Assembly: GCA_964187785.1 (NCBI GenBank) | Contig: OZ076409.1 | Span: 40,488,001 to 40,552,000, forward strand | Source: Amphiscolops sp. MND2022 | Taxonomy: Eukaryota | Reading direction: 5' to 3' | DNA length: 64,000 bases | In this document: one piece after another, positions 13,301 to 24,779 of the stretch | Position numbering within the stretch: position 1 is the first letter of the stretch | Layout of the letters: each line of letters starts with the position of its first letter | Translations under genes and position numbers: made by a program | Notes under the pieces: generated by a model | Told to the model about the DNA's origin: nothing | Databases searched by the model: none | What the model saw: only the letters and a program-made list of their open reading frames with translations

Positions 13301-15301
13301 AGGAAAAATTCGGATTTCCTTTCACTTGCTCGGTACTCGGTTTTTTCGAGTTTAGATAACACATCGAATAGTTTCTTCTCATGTTCCTGTTTACTTCCAC
13401 GTGTTACTACTTTGATGTCGTCTAGCCATGCCGGTGTGCTGTATTCCAGTGTTCGGTCAATTTTTTCTTGGAAGATTGTGGGGATGTCGGCAAGTCCGTA
13501 AAACCCTTTTTTAAATCTATAGTAGCCGCTCCGGTAATTGCAAATATGCATTGTCGGCTTGTTTCTTCAGATAATTTCATTTGTCCGTACGCGTAATCTA
13601 AATCGAGTTTTGAAATGAATAGGTGTAGTGTTCGGTCCCGTGTAATTTCCATCGATATCTGATTTAACATTTCTTCCATTATCGGCATGTGTGGTCTCCG
13701 TTTAATTCAACTGTCAATTAGTTTTCGGGAATCCAGTGCTTTTTTCACTGATTTGTCATTCTTTACCGTTATTACTACCGGTGATACGAAGCCGTCTTCA
13801 TCCACATTATTTACTTTGTCTAAGTGTCCGGCTTTTTTCAAGTTCTCGTCCTACATTTTTTTGGTAGGTGTAGCGGGATCGGTCTGGCTTTTTGTTTTAC
13901 CGGGTAGTTTCCGGGTTTCAATTGTATATTTATTTCAGTATCTTTTTTTGTCGGGTTCTTCTCGAACAGGTCCCTGAACTTGTTGATTAATTTCTCTTTT
14001 TCCGATTGGTTGAATTCAGCCAAATGTAATCTTCCGATTGTCAGTTTGAATTTTTTCATCCAGTCGAAGCCTAATAGCGGTGTTATGTCCGTTCTTTCGG
14101 TGATTAGTGTTTCCATCTTTCGTTTGTTATTTTCGTATTCCATGTCTACCGGTATCTTCCCCCGGAGTTTTACTACACTTTTATTTACATCTTGATATCG
14201 GTTTGTTACTTTCTGAATTTCGGTCTTCTTCATTATTTGTTCATCTAATGGCATTTTGGTTACTGGAGATCCGGTATCGATGATGAATTATTTTGGTGTT
14301 CCGTTGATTTTTATTTTTGCTGTGTAGTGTTTCTGTAGTGTTCCACGATGTTCTTTATTTCTTCTATGTGGTATATGCTCTCAACAGATTCGCTCCCTGA
14401 TTCGTTCGGCCCTGTTTCTTCCTCTTCGGTACGTTTTCTCACTGTTCGGTGATTCTTTGTTCTTTGTTTGCATGCCCGTGCGTAGTGTCCTTTCTTTCCG
14501 CAGTTATTGCAGTTTGAGTCTTGTGCTGCACACTTATGTTTTGGGCTCCAATTTGGTGCATTGCAGAATCTGCATGGTCGGTTCCTTGTTATTTTTGTTT
14601 TCGGTCTGGTTCCGAATTTGTCCATTCTCTGTTTTGGTACTGGTTTTGCTTTGATTATTTGTCTTTCTTTCGTTGTTTTTAAGGCTTCTGGTATTGTGTT
14701 TTTCTTGTTTTTCTTTTCGTAGGTTTTTGTTTGATCATTTCGATAGTTTTCTTCATCTCTAATGTTTTTTTTTCATTAGTTTGTCCCGTAACTTCTTGTC
14801 GGTGATGGCGGTCATGTATTTGGAAATTAATAGTTCTTCGGCAGAGATGGTACCAAAATTACATTCTTTTTCGATCTCGATTAATCGTCTCCAGAATTCG
14901 GGTGTTTCATTTTCCGATTGTTTTGCCCAAAACAAATCTCCTCTGTTGTTATATTTATATGTCGTTTTGGGACGTAGTGTTCGGTATATAACCGGATTAG
15001 ATCTTTATTTTTGATGCTGTCCGGTTCCGTTTTGTACTCGGCCCGGGTTATCTGGTATAGCGCTTCCGGTCCCACTCCCCAGATAAAGTCTTCTCGAATG
15101 TTTGCTTCTTTTTCGGCGGTCCATCCGGTTTCTGTGATATCTTCTCCTTTTACTAGCGGTGTGATATCGATCTTGTGTTCCCAGTTAGTAAACTGCCGGA
15201 ACCTCTCCAGCCATTGTCTCGGAGTAAATATTGGATTCCCGTGGAGCCAATATTTTCGATGCCTTAGCTTCTAGGTTCGGTACAATATTCTTTTCTGCCA
15301 T
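9953..15301 (-). pseudogene. gag-pol: gag-pol of element A, broken by many frameshifts and stops
   Basis: Zn knuckles CRFCNAPNWSPKHKC and CNNCGKKGHYARAC (14311-14625 ORF); protease DTGS at ~14267-14278; RT SKLDLDYAYGQ and WLDD; RNase H TTDAS and NYSIGELELL; integrase HFGHSG..CTTC, AIDRFSKW, KSDKG. Confidence 0.93.
10264..10301. repeat. (CT)19 microsatellite in the 3' end of element A pol
   Basis: Perfect dinucleotide run; produces the poly-ER and poly-SL ORF artefacts. Confidence 0.95.
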
Positions 15302-15351
15302 GGTTGCGGTTAAAATTTTCGGTTTGTTTCAAAATCTTGCTTACTGCGTCA

Positions 15352-15552
15352 TGTTGTTTTTCGAACTAGTTCTAAGAAAAGAATAAGGTTTTCTGAAATA
15401 CTATATCTTTGTACTCAAGCGTATGCTAGATAACAATAACATAAAGTGATGTAGGAATTTTACATTTAGTGTTTGTAAACAGTAGACAGGTATGTCTATA
15501 ACCGAAGTTCGGTAGAGGTCAGTTTCTCGATTGACGGATGAACTGTATAACA
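15352..15552 (-). repeat. 5' LTR of element A (201 bp)
   Basis: Direct repeat of 9719-9929, flanked internally by a mutated tRNA-Ser-like PBS and externally by TSD TCATA. Confidence 0.95.
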
Positions 15553-16642
15553 TCATAATTGAAACATTTTTTAAGTTACACTGGTTTTTCACTTTGAATT
15601 TGTCTCCTAATTCCGTTCCATGTTAGTATTGTATTTTAATGCGTTCAGGCCTTGCACTTTTGGTAGTAAAAGATGCACGCAAGCAAACAAGACACCAAAT
15701 AAACAGCGGGGAGGTCTCCGCTCGAAACATTTTGGTAAATATTATAAGGGCTCGAGCGTATCCAAAAATGAGCTTGACAAACAAATTCGATATTTTTGAA
15801 ATTTTTGGTATTTTCCGTCCTTCCTATTCTTTTTATGGAAGAAAAATGTCAATTTTTTTGCTTTAAGTATTCGCTAATTTGGTATGAGTCTCATACTTCA
15901 ACACTGACGAAACTTATACCCACCCAAAAATCCAAATTGAGTACAAACTGACAAAAAGCGGTTAAAAATTGAGACATTCGACACAATTTAGTTCTTTTTA
16001 CACCCTTTCATGTGTTTTATTGTAGTATTTTTTATATAGGAGGTTTCCGAGCAATCAATTTTTTTGCTGTTGAACTCTGTGGCTGTTCATACGGTAATTT
16101 TCCAAAAATTAGAAACTTTTGCATGAAGCATTCGAAAACCGAGTAGAAAGAAGAAAAACCTATTTGATATATTCAGCGTGGCGTCATAATCCCCAATGTG
16201 GCTTTGCTGTGTCGGCGCCGTTTCCTGTTACTAAATCCCACAGCACGCAACAGTATTATATTAGCAGTCAATTGACCAAGATGTGGTCGACGTTTAGCGG
16301 TAATCAAGAAATGACTTGCTCGATTCCACGAAGTTCGACTGCTAATAGTTGCTTTTCTTTTTTGTTTTCTACGCCAAAAGCATTCTTTTCTCATGACCAT
16401 ACATACCACCAAACTAGGGATGAAAAAATTGCTCAAAACCCAACAAGTTAGGTTGAGAGATAATCGAACCGTCGTCCGTACCAAGACAGACGGAGTTCTA
16501 TAATCACTACACAATGATCAACAAAAACTTTTAAAAAATGACTTTTTTGGTTTATTGTTGTAAGGACCGACTAGCTTCTCCTAGATCCGGACGTAACAGT
16601 GCCGGAAAGCAGGAGTTGCTCCTAGTTAAACGTAAAAATGAA

Positions 16643-17148
16643 CAAGACGGGAACGTCCCAAGTCGGCGCCATATCTTAGGCTCAAAAATATTTAAGGAAC
16701 AACTATTGGAAAAATTTGGAAAAATTTTTTTTTTCAAAAAAAATTTTTTTGATTTTTTTTTCGAAAAAAAGTATTTTTTAGGTCGCACAATGCCGAAAAA
16801 CTCAAAAAGAGGCCATTCAGGCTCATTCAACGTTTTCTACAAACCGAAAACTTCAAAAAAATTCAAGGGGGTACCCTTCGATAAATTTCGAAAATTTTCG
16901 AGAAAAAGTCGCACAGTGCCGAAAAAAATCCAAAGGGGGGACCCTTTGGGCACGTCCGGTTGTGTATGTTTCCTTGAAAAAGTAAAAACTGAAAGGGGGA
17001 CCCTTTGGAGTAAAGTTTGCCTTCTGCGCAGAATTGCAGAATTGTAAGAAAAGTGGACCACTCAGAGTGAGATTGTCAACTGAAAAAAACAAAAAAAAAA
17101 ACTACTCACTGTAAGAGTCGGGCACTTTTCTCTAGAAAAGCGCCGACT
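16643..17148 (-). mobile_element. Helentron-associated non-autonomous element (HINE/DINE-1-like) inserted in the leader of element B
   Basis: 5' subterminal inverted repeat (subTIR) AGTCGGCGC with a nearby inverted copy (17116-17125); 3' subTIR at 16661-16670 followed by hairpin GGGA-CGT-TCCC (16649-16659); inserted in a T-run; empty site AAAAATGAAAAACATCCCT seen at ~31928-31946. Confidence 0.8.
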
Positions 17149-17155
17149 AAAAACA

Positions 17156-17172
17156 TCCCTCTGTGGTCGCCA
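17156..17172 (-). promoter_or_regulatory. PBS, tRNA-Arg(UCG)-like, 16 nt from the LTR end
   Basis: TGGCGACCACAGAGGGA is complementary to a tRNA 3' end TCCCTCTGTGGTCGCCA, resembling metazoan tRNA-Arg(UCG) ...TCCCTTCGTGGTCGCCA; also at 45696-45712 and, damaged, at 31942-31957. Confidence 0.75.
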
Positions 17173-17188
17173 AAAAAACTATTCCAGA

Positions 17189-17896
17189 TGTAGTGACCGG
17201 CTAGCGACGCGCATCTAGGAGAAGGGACAAGCCCCAGGGTGCTTAAACAGGAGACCGTTGTCTTACTATATCTCTAGACATTAGTTTTTGTTCCCAAAAT
17301 AGTCTCCCAGGGGGACTTTTCTTTCGTCACAGGAGGCTCCTCTAGTTAGAGCTCCTAGGCGACATGCCGGCACTCTCAATGTCCGGACACGCCCCACAAG
17401 CCTGTAAAAACAAATCCTAAGGTTTCTAGCGCATTCTCGCGCATCTTACATACTTCCGATGTCCAAAAACAGTATTTAACTGAAATACATTATATTTGGG
17501 AAACAAGAATTAAGATGAAGACATAGTAGGTCAAACATTATCTAAACTCTCAGCAAATAGTAAAATGTACGGGGATAAGCCCCTACAACATTACAGTTCA
17601 GGGTGACGGTCGGTTTAGCTTCTAGCATGTTTCATCTTTGGGCATTTTCCAGAGAGATGGCAAATTCCGTCAGTTTTGGTGTGTTTTGATATCATTTCAC
17701 TCTTCCTTGCGTTTGTCTTCATCTTCTCTGAACTTCTTTTTCTATTGTCGTTCTTTTTTGCTCTGTCTCCGCGTGGCTTCTTTTTTTTGTTCATCTTCCC
17801 TCATCTGCTAGGTCGGCCATCTTTTTTGTACAAGTTTGATATCGCACACTTCGAATTTTTCATCGAAATTTCGTCATTCCAGTGGCTGACGTTACA
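17189..17896 (-). repeat. Internal (shared) LTR of element B, 708 bp
   Basis: TG...CA ends; homologous to 31957-32491 and to the element D LTRs; PPT GGGGAGGA at 17897-17904. Confidence 0.92.
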
Positions 17897-18438
17897 TCCT
17901 CCCCGGGCCGTAGTTTGTCGTCCTCGGCAAACGAGGGGATGCTTGGACCCAGAGGGTATCGGCGACATTGAAGGCCACTTTAGCATCGGGACTGGGTTTC
18001 ATCAGTATAGTTTATTGTATTCTTAACCTCTCTCTTTTTTGTTTCAAGGCTAATTAATCCAAAAGGCACCTGATAAAAATGGACACACGGCAAACAGTTC
18101 AAGAATTTTACTACAGTTTTCTAAGTCTAAGTTAAAATCTTTCTTCTAAAATGGGCCTCTGCGCGGCCAGAGTAATACAACAGTTTGGTCTTGGTAACAG
18201 TATTGAATTGTTAAATTTCAAACTGAAGCGGAAGGGCACCGACCGGGGACCCCCCACTGGGCATAAGCAAACTAAATATTGCATCGATCAGTTTAAAGTA
18301 TAACACAAAATATGATGTATAGCACGAGACAAGCAAACACAGTTTTAATCGTAGCACGATTTTTCATCAGCACCTTTTGGTCAACCGAAATTGGTTACAG
18401 TACCTTGGTAAGTAGTTTCAGGGGTCTTTCGTTTGCCT

Positions 18439-21400
18439 TCATTCTTCTGGCTGGTCCGTAGGCAAATCTGGCATTGAAGTAGTAGCCGCTGGCTCTAAAT
18501 TTGTGACAGGGTCCGCTACCATGATGGGAGACGGATTGGGGTCGTCGATTGTTAGGAGGTTGTTGAGTTCTGACTCGATGACGGCAGGCTCCATCTGGGA
18601 TATGCCCGTGTCGGGTTCGTCTTGGGCAGGCGTGGCGGCACCGGACAGGGTAAAATTAAAATTATCATCAGTCATACGCTCATCAGGCGGCATGTCGGTG
18701 GATAAATTCTCCTGATGACCTTCTGTTTGGGTATCAGCTTCATCGGGCAGATTCCTTTCTGGGGGTAGCGAGTGAGAACTTCCAGAGGCAGTTGCACTTA
18801 TTTCGCCAGTCGTATTACTTACACTTCCCTGGGGGAGTTCAGGTATGCCGTCGGCGAGCTCTTGATGCCCATATTGACCGAATAGGCTCTTGAAGGTCTG
18901 GATTCCTCGAACATAGTCTTCGCTCACAAACTGTCTTCGCTCCCTTTGCCTGCTGTGCAATTCGAGGAATATTTCCATTGCGACTCGCGGGTTGTTAGGG
19001 ACCTCTGCACCAATTGGCAGCGTCTTTCTGGCTAGTTCCCGCCCAATCGAGGGCACTGTGATTTTCAAGCGTTGAAAGACTTGATGAACTGCAAAGTTTA
19101 CTAGTTCTGGGTGTGGCCAACATGTGGTTGCGTCCAGTATGCGTGCAGTATGGACACAGGGCTCTGCTCGATTACAGTACATTCTTGACGTCTCACATAC
19201 TTACGGGTAGTGGGGCCCACTGGGCGCTTCACTCCGTTTTCTCCCACCCAATCTTTGCACGATCGTAGCTAAGATTCGCAGGACTACTGGCACATCCCAT
19301 TCTGCAAAGGGATCTACCGCACCCGTGTGCGGATCTATGGTGTTGTGCAACCATGCCACAGGGTAGAATTCTATGGACATGGTGAGGGCGCACCGCGCAC
19401 GTGCCCGGATTATTGCCGCGAAATTGTGTTCCACCTGTTTCCGGTCCTTAATCACCGTATAAGCCATGGGGGGTCTTTATGTTTTTCACAGCAGTTTGGT
19501 AAGCAGGACCCCGCTAGGATCCATTAGTGTTTACAAAGTGCAAGATGGAGGAAAGCGGGGCATGCGCAGCCACTCTTAAGGTTTGTGTGGGGTACCTTAG
19601 AGCCATCACGGCGCCGAAGATTGCCCAAATTATGGGGGAGATTAGGGGGATGATGTCTTCAGTCTCTACTAGCATAAGAGTAGCCACTTGGGAGGGGAAC
19701 AAAAAACCAGGGAGCTGCGTGGGCTCCCTGTTGGCTGCAGGGTTTTAATCCAGAGGATGCATGATTCCAGCAGTGTTAACCCACGTGGAATAGATCCACA
19801 GCAGGAGGTTCTCAATGTTGAGTTCTAGCTGTGTATTCAATTGTCGAGGACCCGCAGGGTCCAAAGCATTCAAGATCGCGTACAGCCAGTTGTTCTGATT
19901 CCGTGCGAACACCAGGAAGCTAAAGCGGCACACACTTCCCTTGTCGAACAAGTTTTTGTAGGAGTCCATTGGGCCCTCGGTATACTGTCTGCAGGCCAAC
20001 GGCCATTAGGCACGCCAGGATCTCACTGATTGTGGATCTCTCCATGGCCTCAACGTACAAGCGTAGTCGCTGTTCGTCCAAATTATATTCCGGCTGCACA
20101 AAGTTGGGAAACTAGAATGGAGAGATATTATATAGAAGCACTGGGAAGGATATACCTAGCCGCTCTACGACTTGACTCAGTGGCTCAATTAGCAGCTGAT
20201 GCCCCGTCTGATGCGTCAATTTTGGCACCTTTTCGTTCTGACGAGTCAGGTCTTGAGCTAGCACCATTGATAGTGCCAGCGTGGGAAACCCGATGTAAGC
20301 CTGTAGGGCTTTTGACACTTCTGCTAAGAATGCAGGTAGGATGCTTGGCATGGGCGCCAGGTGGTCGCGCTAATCGTCAGATTTGGGACACTAGGTAAAA
20401 ACTCAAAGTCCTTGCGTACCAGCTGCCTCTAGTACCAGGTGTAGGAATTGTTGTATGGGTCTCGGTAGAAACATGTAGCCTGGGGGAGACATGAACACAG
20501 TTCCGGTGGTGGATTCTTTGCTCTTCCTTGTCCTAGTGATGTGCGACATCGCCTCCACGTAGGCTGTGACTTCATCCGTGACGAATCCTTCAGTGAATCT
20601 GGGGAGTTCCAGTTCGAAGAATTTCAGTGTCCCCCGCAGAGCGAGGTGATCAAGTACATTTGAATAGACTAGTATGGGAGGAAGAGGTATTGTTTCTGCT
20701 GCCGCTGGCGCGAAGATTTTGTCAGTAACCTCTGCCATCTCGCTGAGCGAGGTGCAGGGCATATTCATCACTCCGACGTCCATCAAAATATTGTTGGTGT
20801 TATATAACGACTTCATGGTTGAGTCGACAAAGAATGCTATTCTCGTCTTCTGCAATAAGTTTTTCCCCATGGGTAGTAAAGTAATGGGGTCTCTCGCATA
20901 GTTTTTGGTTTTCAGACGTTCTTCGTCATACCGGCCTGGTCGCTGGCGGTTTAAACAGTTTGTAGGGTAGGTTGCAGAGGCTGTAGATACATGGAGTTAT
21001 CCCTCTCCAACTCTCTTCATAAGCGGTTGAAGCATGGGGAGCATCCATCGGTCGTGAATGTTGGTTTCTTCACCGGACGGGTGTAGATTACTCCTATGGT
21101 TGCTTTTTCGATCGTTTTCAGAGTGGCGGGGTCTTCTTACTGGTTGCAACTTCGAATTTCTGTCGGAAGGGATCTGCTTCTTCAGTTGTGGCGGGAACCT
21201 CACGCTGGAGACGTACTGCGTCTTTCGCCGTTATATCTAACTGTTGTTTCTCAGCGGAAGTGAGACTTTCCCGCGTCATTCTTTGTCTTCTGGCTGCCGG
21301 CTGTGTGGGTGAGGGAGTTGGGACTTTTCTATTGTTACTCGAGCTCGACTGTTCTCGACCCGGCCTCTTGCCCGTTTACTCGCATTGACTTTGTCTCGCA

Positions 21401-22166
21401 AGTCTATGGGGGCGTTGGCAGCTTTGTTCTCTGCTTTTTGTTGTTGGCGCTGGCGTTCTTGTAGTTGCGGGTCCTTTTGGAAGCCTTCAAGACGGCTGGG
21501 CTCGCTCCTTGAGGTTTCGTCGCATGTTTCTCGCCTTGTAAGGTATTATTAGCGATTGCATTCACCTGCAACCCTCCCCCCTGGAAGGTGGAAGGAGGCA
21601 TAAAACTGGTGGACGACTGAGTAAGTAATCTGATGCCCTCGAATGCCAAAGGCATGGGGGCGTAAGAATTTGTGGCGGTATTGTTGGCAGGGTGCAGCTA
21701 AACTGGGTTAGCTCTAATGGGGGAAGGGAGCCAATGCTGGGAGGTTGCTTGGTTGCGGGGGAATTCGAAGTGATAGTTCTTGGTCCCTGGGAGGCCTAGT
21801 AGGCTCTCCAAATACTAGATGGGCCCTTGGGTCAATGAGGTCATGGGTCAAGTCATACTCATGCCAAGTGCCATCACGGAAGCTGGCGAAGCGCTCTAGT
21901 GACCCGATACTGCTAGTGATGGTAATGAGAACGTCTGGATGAGTTGCTTGTAACTGTATTTGGGCAATGATCATGGCAAAGCCAGCGATCATCGTAGGGG
22001 TAGCCCCATTTTGGAGAGTTTGTTTAACCAGGGCGAGCTGGTCAACTCGACCACCGATTTCGCTTACTGGCGGGATAGTGCTGGCAGATGTTTGTTCAGG
22101 AGTTGGGTGCCGAGAACTTAGCTGGTGTGATGGTGCTGGCATTCGGTTGCGTGATGAAGAGTCCAT
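18439..22166 (-). pseudogene. Extra 3' ORF of element B (~1200 codons, disrupted): low-complexity N-terminus, SGNH/GDSL-hydrolase-like domain (~20330-20870), further unknown domain(s) and acidic tail
   Basis: Chain of same-strand ORF fragments (21714-22166, 21404-21655, 20997-21203, 20403-20870, 19745-19999, 19514-19702, 19201-19467, 18439-19182); motifs IAFFVDST, MPCTSLSEM, ILVYSNVLDHL, TVFMSPPG; no obvious env-like TM anchor. Confidence 0.6.
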
Positions 22167-22569
22167 CTTTGATAAATGGAATAGCACCGAAGATAATTGA
22201 GAGGATAAAGGCAGGGTTGAATGATGGTTAATGGGAATATCAGGGATATCGTGCCGCATGGGAAGGCCGCGCAGAGGCGAGGCGAAGCAACAGGACAAAA
22301 CTGAAAGGCAGGATGCAATTGAGATTAAAAACGGTTGAGAACCGATTGCAATAAAATAAACAAAATGACACACAAGACGTAAGACTAGTAGATACATGTT
22401 GTTATGATGAGCAGCTTTTTCATAACGATAGATTGCATTTAAAAATTTAGAACACGTTCTTTTGTTAAAAGCAAAGAGAAGGAAAGAAAAAGGGAAAATG
22501 AAGCTGGCCTTTGAATCCCAGGGGTAGCTACTTATTGGGCGCCTATGATGGTTGATGTTATCGATGCTA

Positions 22570-23005
22570 TGGAGACATATATTCTGCCATGGATAATTAA
22601 TTCTAGGTTCTGATCTATGAAGTGATCACGTAACGTAGCGTACCAAGCCGGTAACAAATTGATCGACCGTTCGGGATCATTAATGGGTAAGTGGATTCGC
22701 GTGATTCAAATCTGGTGAAGCTGGTGCGTCAAATGGGTGAGACATGCGTGTAAGATTTCGTGTAGCAGTGGGTGTTTATTGGAAGCTCTGGTGCACAAAA
22801 GGAACATTTCGTTGCCCCAGGGTGCAATTGGTTAGTTTACCAGGCGCACTGCCGTGCCCACCGCAGGCCTTAACTGGAATATGTTTTCCTATCCATATTC
22901 TCAAATAACGCAGCGAGCGGTTGCCGCGTAAGACATTAGATCTGCAGGACAACATAACACTACCGTTCGAGGGGCCTGCAATAAGTCCGTTGCAGCGTAG
23001 GTTAT
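22570..23005 (-). pseudogene. Macro domain (TARG1/OARD1/Poa1p-like) at the 3' end of element B pol
   Basis: Read through four in-frame stops in one frame: ITYAATDLLQAPRTVVLCCPADLMSYAATARCVI*EYG*ENIFQLRPAVGTAVRL...MFLLCTRASNKHPLLHEILHACLTHLTHQLHQI*ITRIHLP...WYATLRDHFIDQNLELIIH, colinear with TARG1 ITYVKGDLF...HCISED...IYYLITK...LQKSLE...LSMP...IKITVY. Confidence 0.72.
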
Positions 23006-24779
23006 CCATGGCAGGTTATTTGGCACGGTTTTCAGTTGCGTTATTAGCCATTTGCCCGTGGCATTGCTATGATAGTCGATTGGTTGAGACGCCGAATGAT
23101 CGAAGATTGCTCTGCGATCTTGCCATACCGTGCGACGCAAGGGTCTATCGCCCATGTTGGTGCAAGACCAATCATGCACTACGGAGAGTGCTTCGAGCAC
23201 GGTTATCGGTTTTTCGAGGGTGTAAGTCTGCTGGTCCAGGACATGTATCTCGGCTTGTCGGCAAAAAATGATTGCTATTAGTTGAAGCCAATGTTGACTC
23301 AAGAACTTTCCGCGGTAGAAGTCTGCTAGATAGAAGCAGAGGGTGTTTTCAGCCTCCACCACAGTACGTACGCTTTCCAGACTTATTAGCAACGTAATGG
23401 GGGAATAGGGAACACGGGCGTTGTTTGGTCCAGGAAGGTGACCAATAGCCAACAACCTTGTGTAGGCTGGTATATGTCACCCATATGCGGAGGGGAAGCA
23501 ACATGGTATCTTTCCCATAGCTCATGTGAGGTTATGCAGCGAATCATATCGGTCTTTTCTCGCTCAGCGTTCACTTTGCCGAATTTTATAGATGGTGGCA
23601 AAAGGGAGTATGACGGCGGATAGTGTGAATTCTAGACCGCGTCGGTCATGCTGTGTCCATTCTCTGAAACGGTGATTAGGGCAGTCGGAGATGGAAGTGT
23701 CGTGCATTGTTTTTAGCGTGACTTCTAGTGGTGGTACCACTCCTAGTTCTACGCTTGTGTACGTTTTCTCTAAGTGACGATAATGTGCTTCACCGTTGGA
23801 GAAGGCTCAAGTTCTTGTCGTTGGGACCGGAATTCCATGCTACGGGTGTTCTGGTGCGCGTGCTATCAGGAGTTCACGGGTGGGGATGGCGGCTCGACGG
23901 GCCAATCGATGGTCCGGTGGTTCGCTTGCGGTTAGCTGCACGCAACTACAATTGTGGGAACCACAGGTTCCACACCGATATCGCGGTGCCCTATTTACTC
24001 TTAGCTGTTAGCGTGGAGCTTGTGAGGAGGTACTTTCTTCGATTCCAAGTCTATCCGGTGACAGGTTTGTTGAGATTTCTGGTATGGTCATGGATCTGCC
24101 TTGGGTTCGGGGAGGAGCTCTAGTGCTGACCCTGGTTCGTGGGCTTCTTCTATGCCGGGCAGTTAGGCCTCTGGAAGATGCCTTAGTCTTGCTCGAGGAT
24201 GTTGTGTGCTCCCTTCTACAAATGGGTGGCCTGCCTCGAGGTCTTCCCCTTCTGTTCGAGGTGATTGGCTGTGCAGGAAGTTGGTTTGGACTCGGATCTT
24301 GAGTTTCGCACTCCCTCTAGGTATTCTGTGGCTGCTCTATTGCAATTAAGGGGTCCCAGTCTGTGAATAGAACAAAAGGAAATTGCTCAGAGTATCAGTG
24401 AGGGATGGATTGGACAAGAGTGGGGCAGATGTTCCAGAGGGTGATGGCATTAGGTTTTTTGTTGGTTTCTCTGGATGAATCTCTTCTTGGTCGGAGAACA
24501 ATGGCTCTAGGCCATCCAATTCACGGAACATCGCCTGCGGGGATGGTTCCACAATTGGTGGTTCAATTGCTTCTTGTTGTAACTCCCAGTCTGGGGGGTA
24601 TCCAAAGTGACTAAATCGCCGTCGAGGTATCCCACGGTCAAGAGCTGCCTGCGTGCGGGATTGGATGGTTCGCGGTGGAACCGGTCTGGTTGGTTCTGAC
24701 GCCTCTGGTAGCTGCTCTGGTAAGAAAAATCTCGGCAAATATCCGAAGTTATCTCTTCATGACTCTCTTGTACGTATGG

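Larger units (their letters stand above)
9719..15552 (-). mobile_element. Element A: full-length, decayed Ty3/Gypsy LTR retrotransposon (short LTRs, Mag-like organisation)
   Basis: TG...CA LTRs at 15352-15552 (5') and 9719-9929 (3'); TSD TCATA at 9714-9718 and 15553-15557; polypurine tract (PPT) at 9930-9946; PBS-like TGACGCAGTAAGCAAG next to the 5' LTR; PR-RT-RH-INT order. Confidence 0.96.

Noticed and set aside
18439..22397. Extra ORF of element B as a retroviral env
   Set aside because: No convincing signal peptide, fusion peptide or C-terminal transmembrane anchor; the hydrophobic stretch upstream of 22166 lies in AT-rich spacer sequence.
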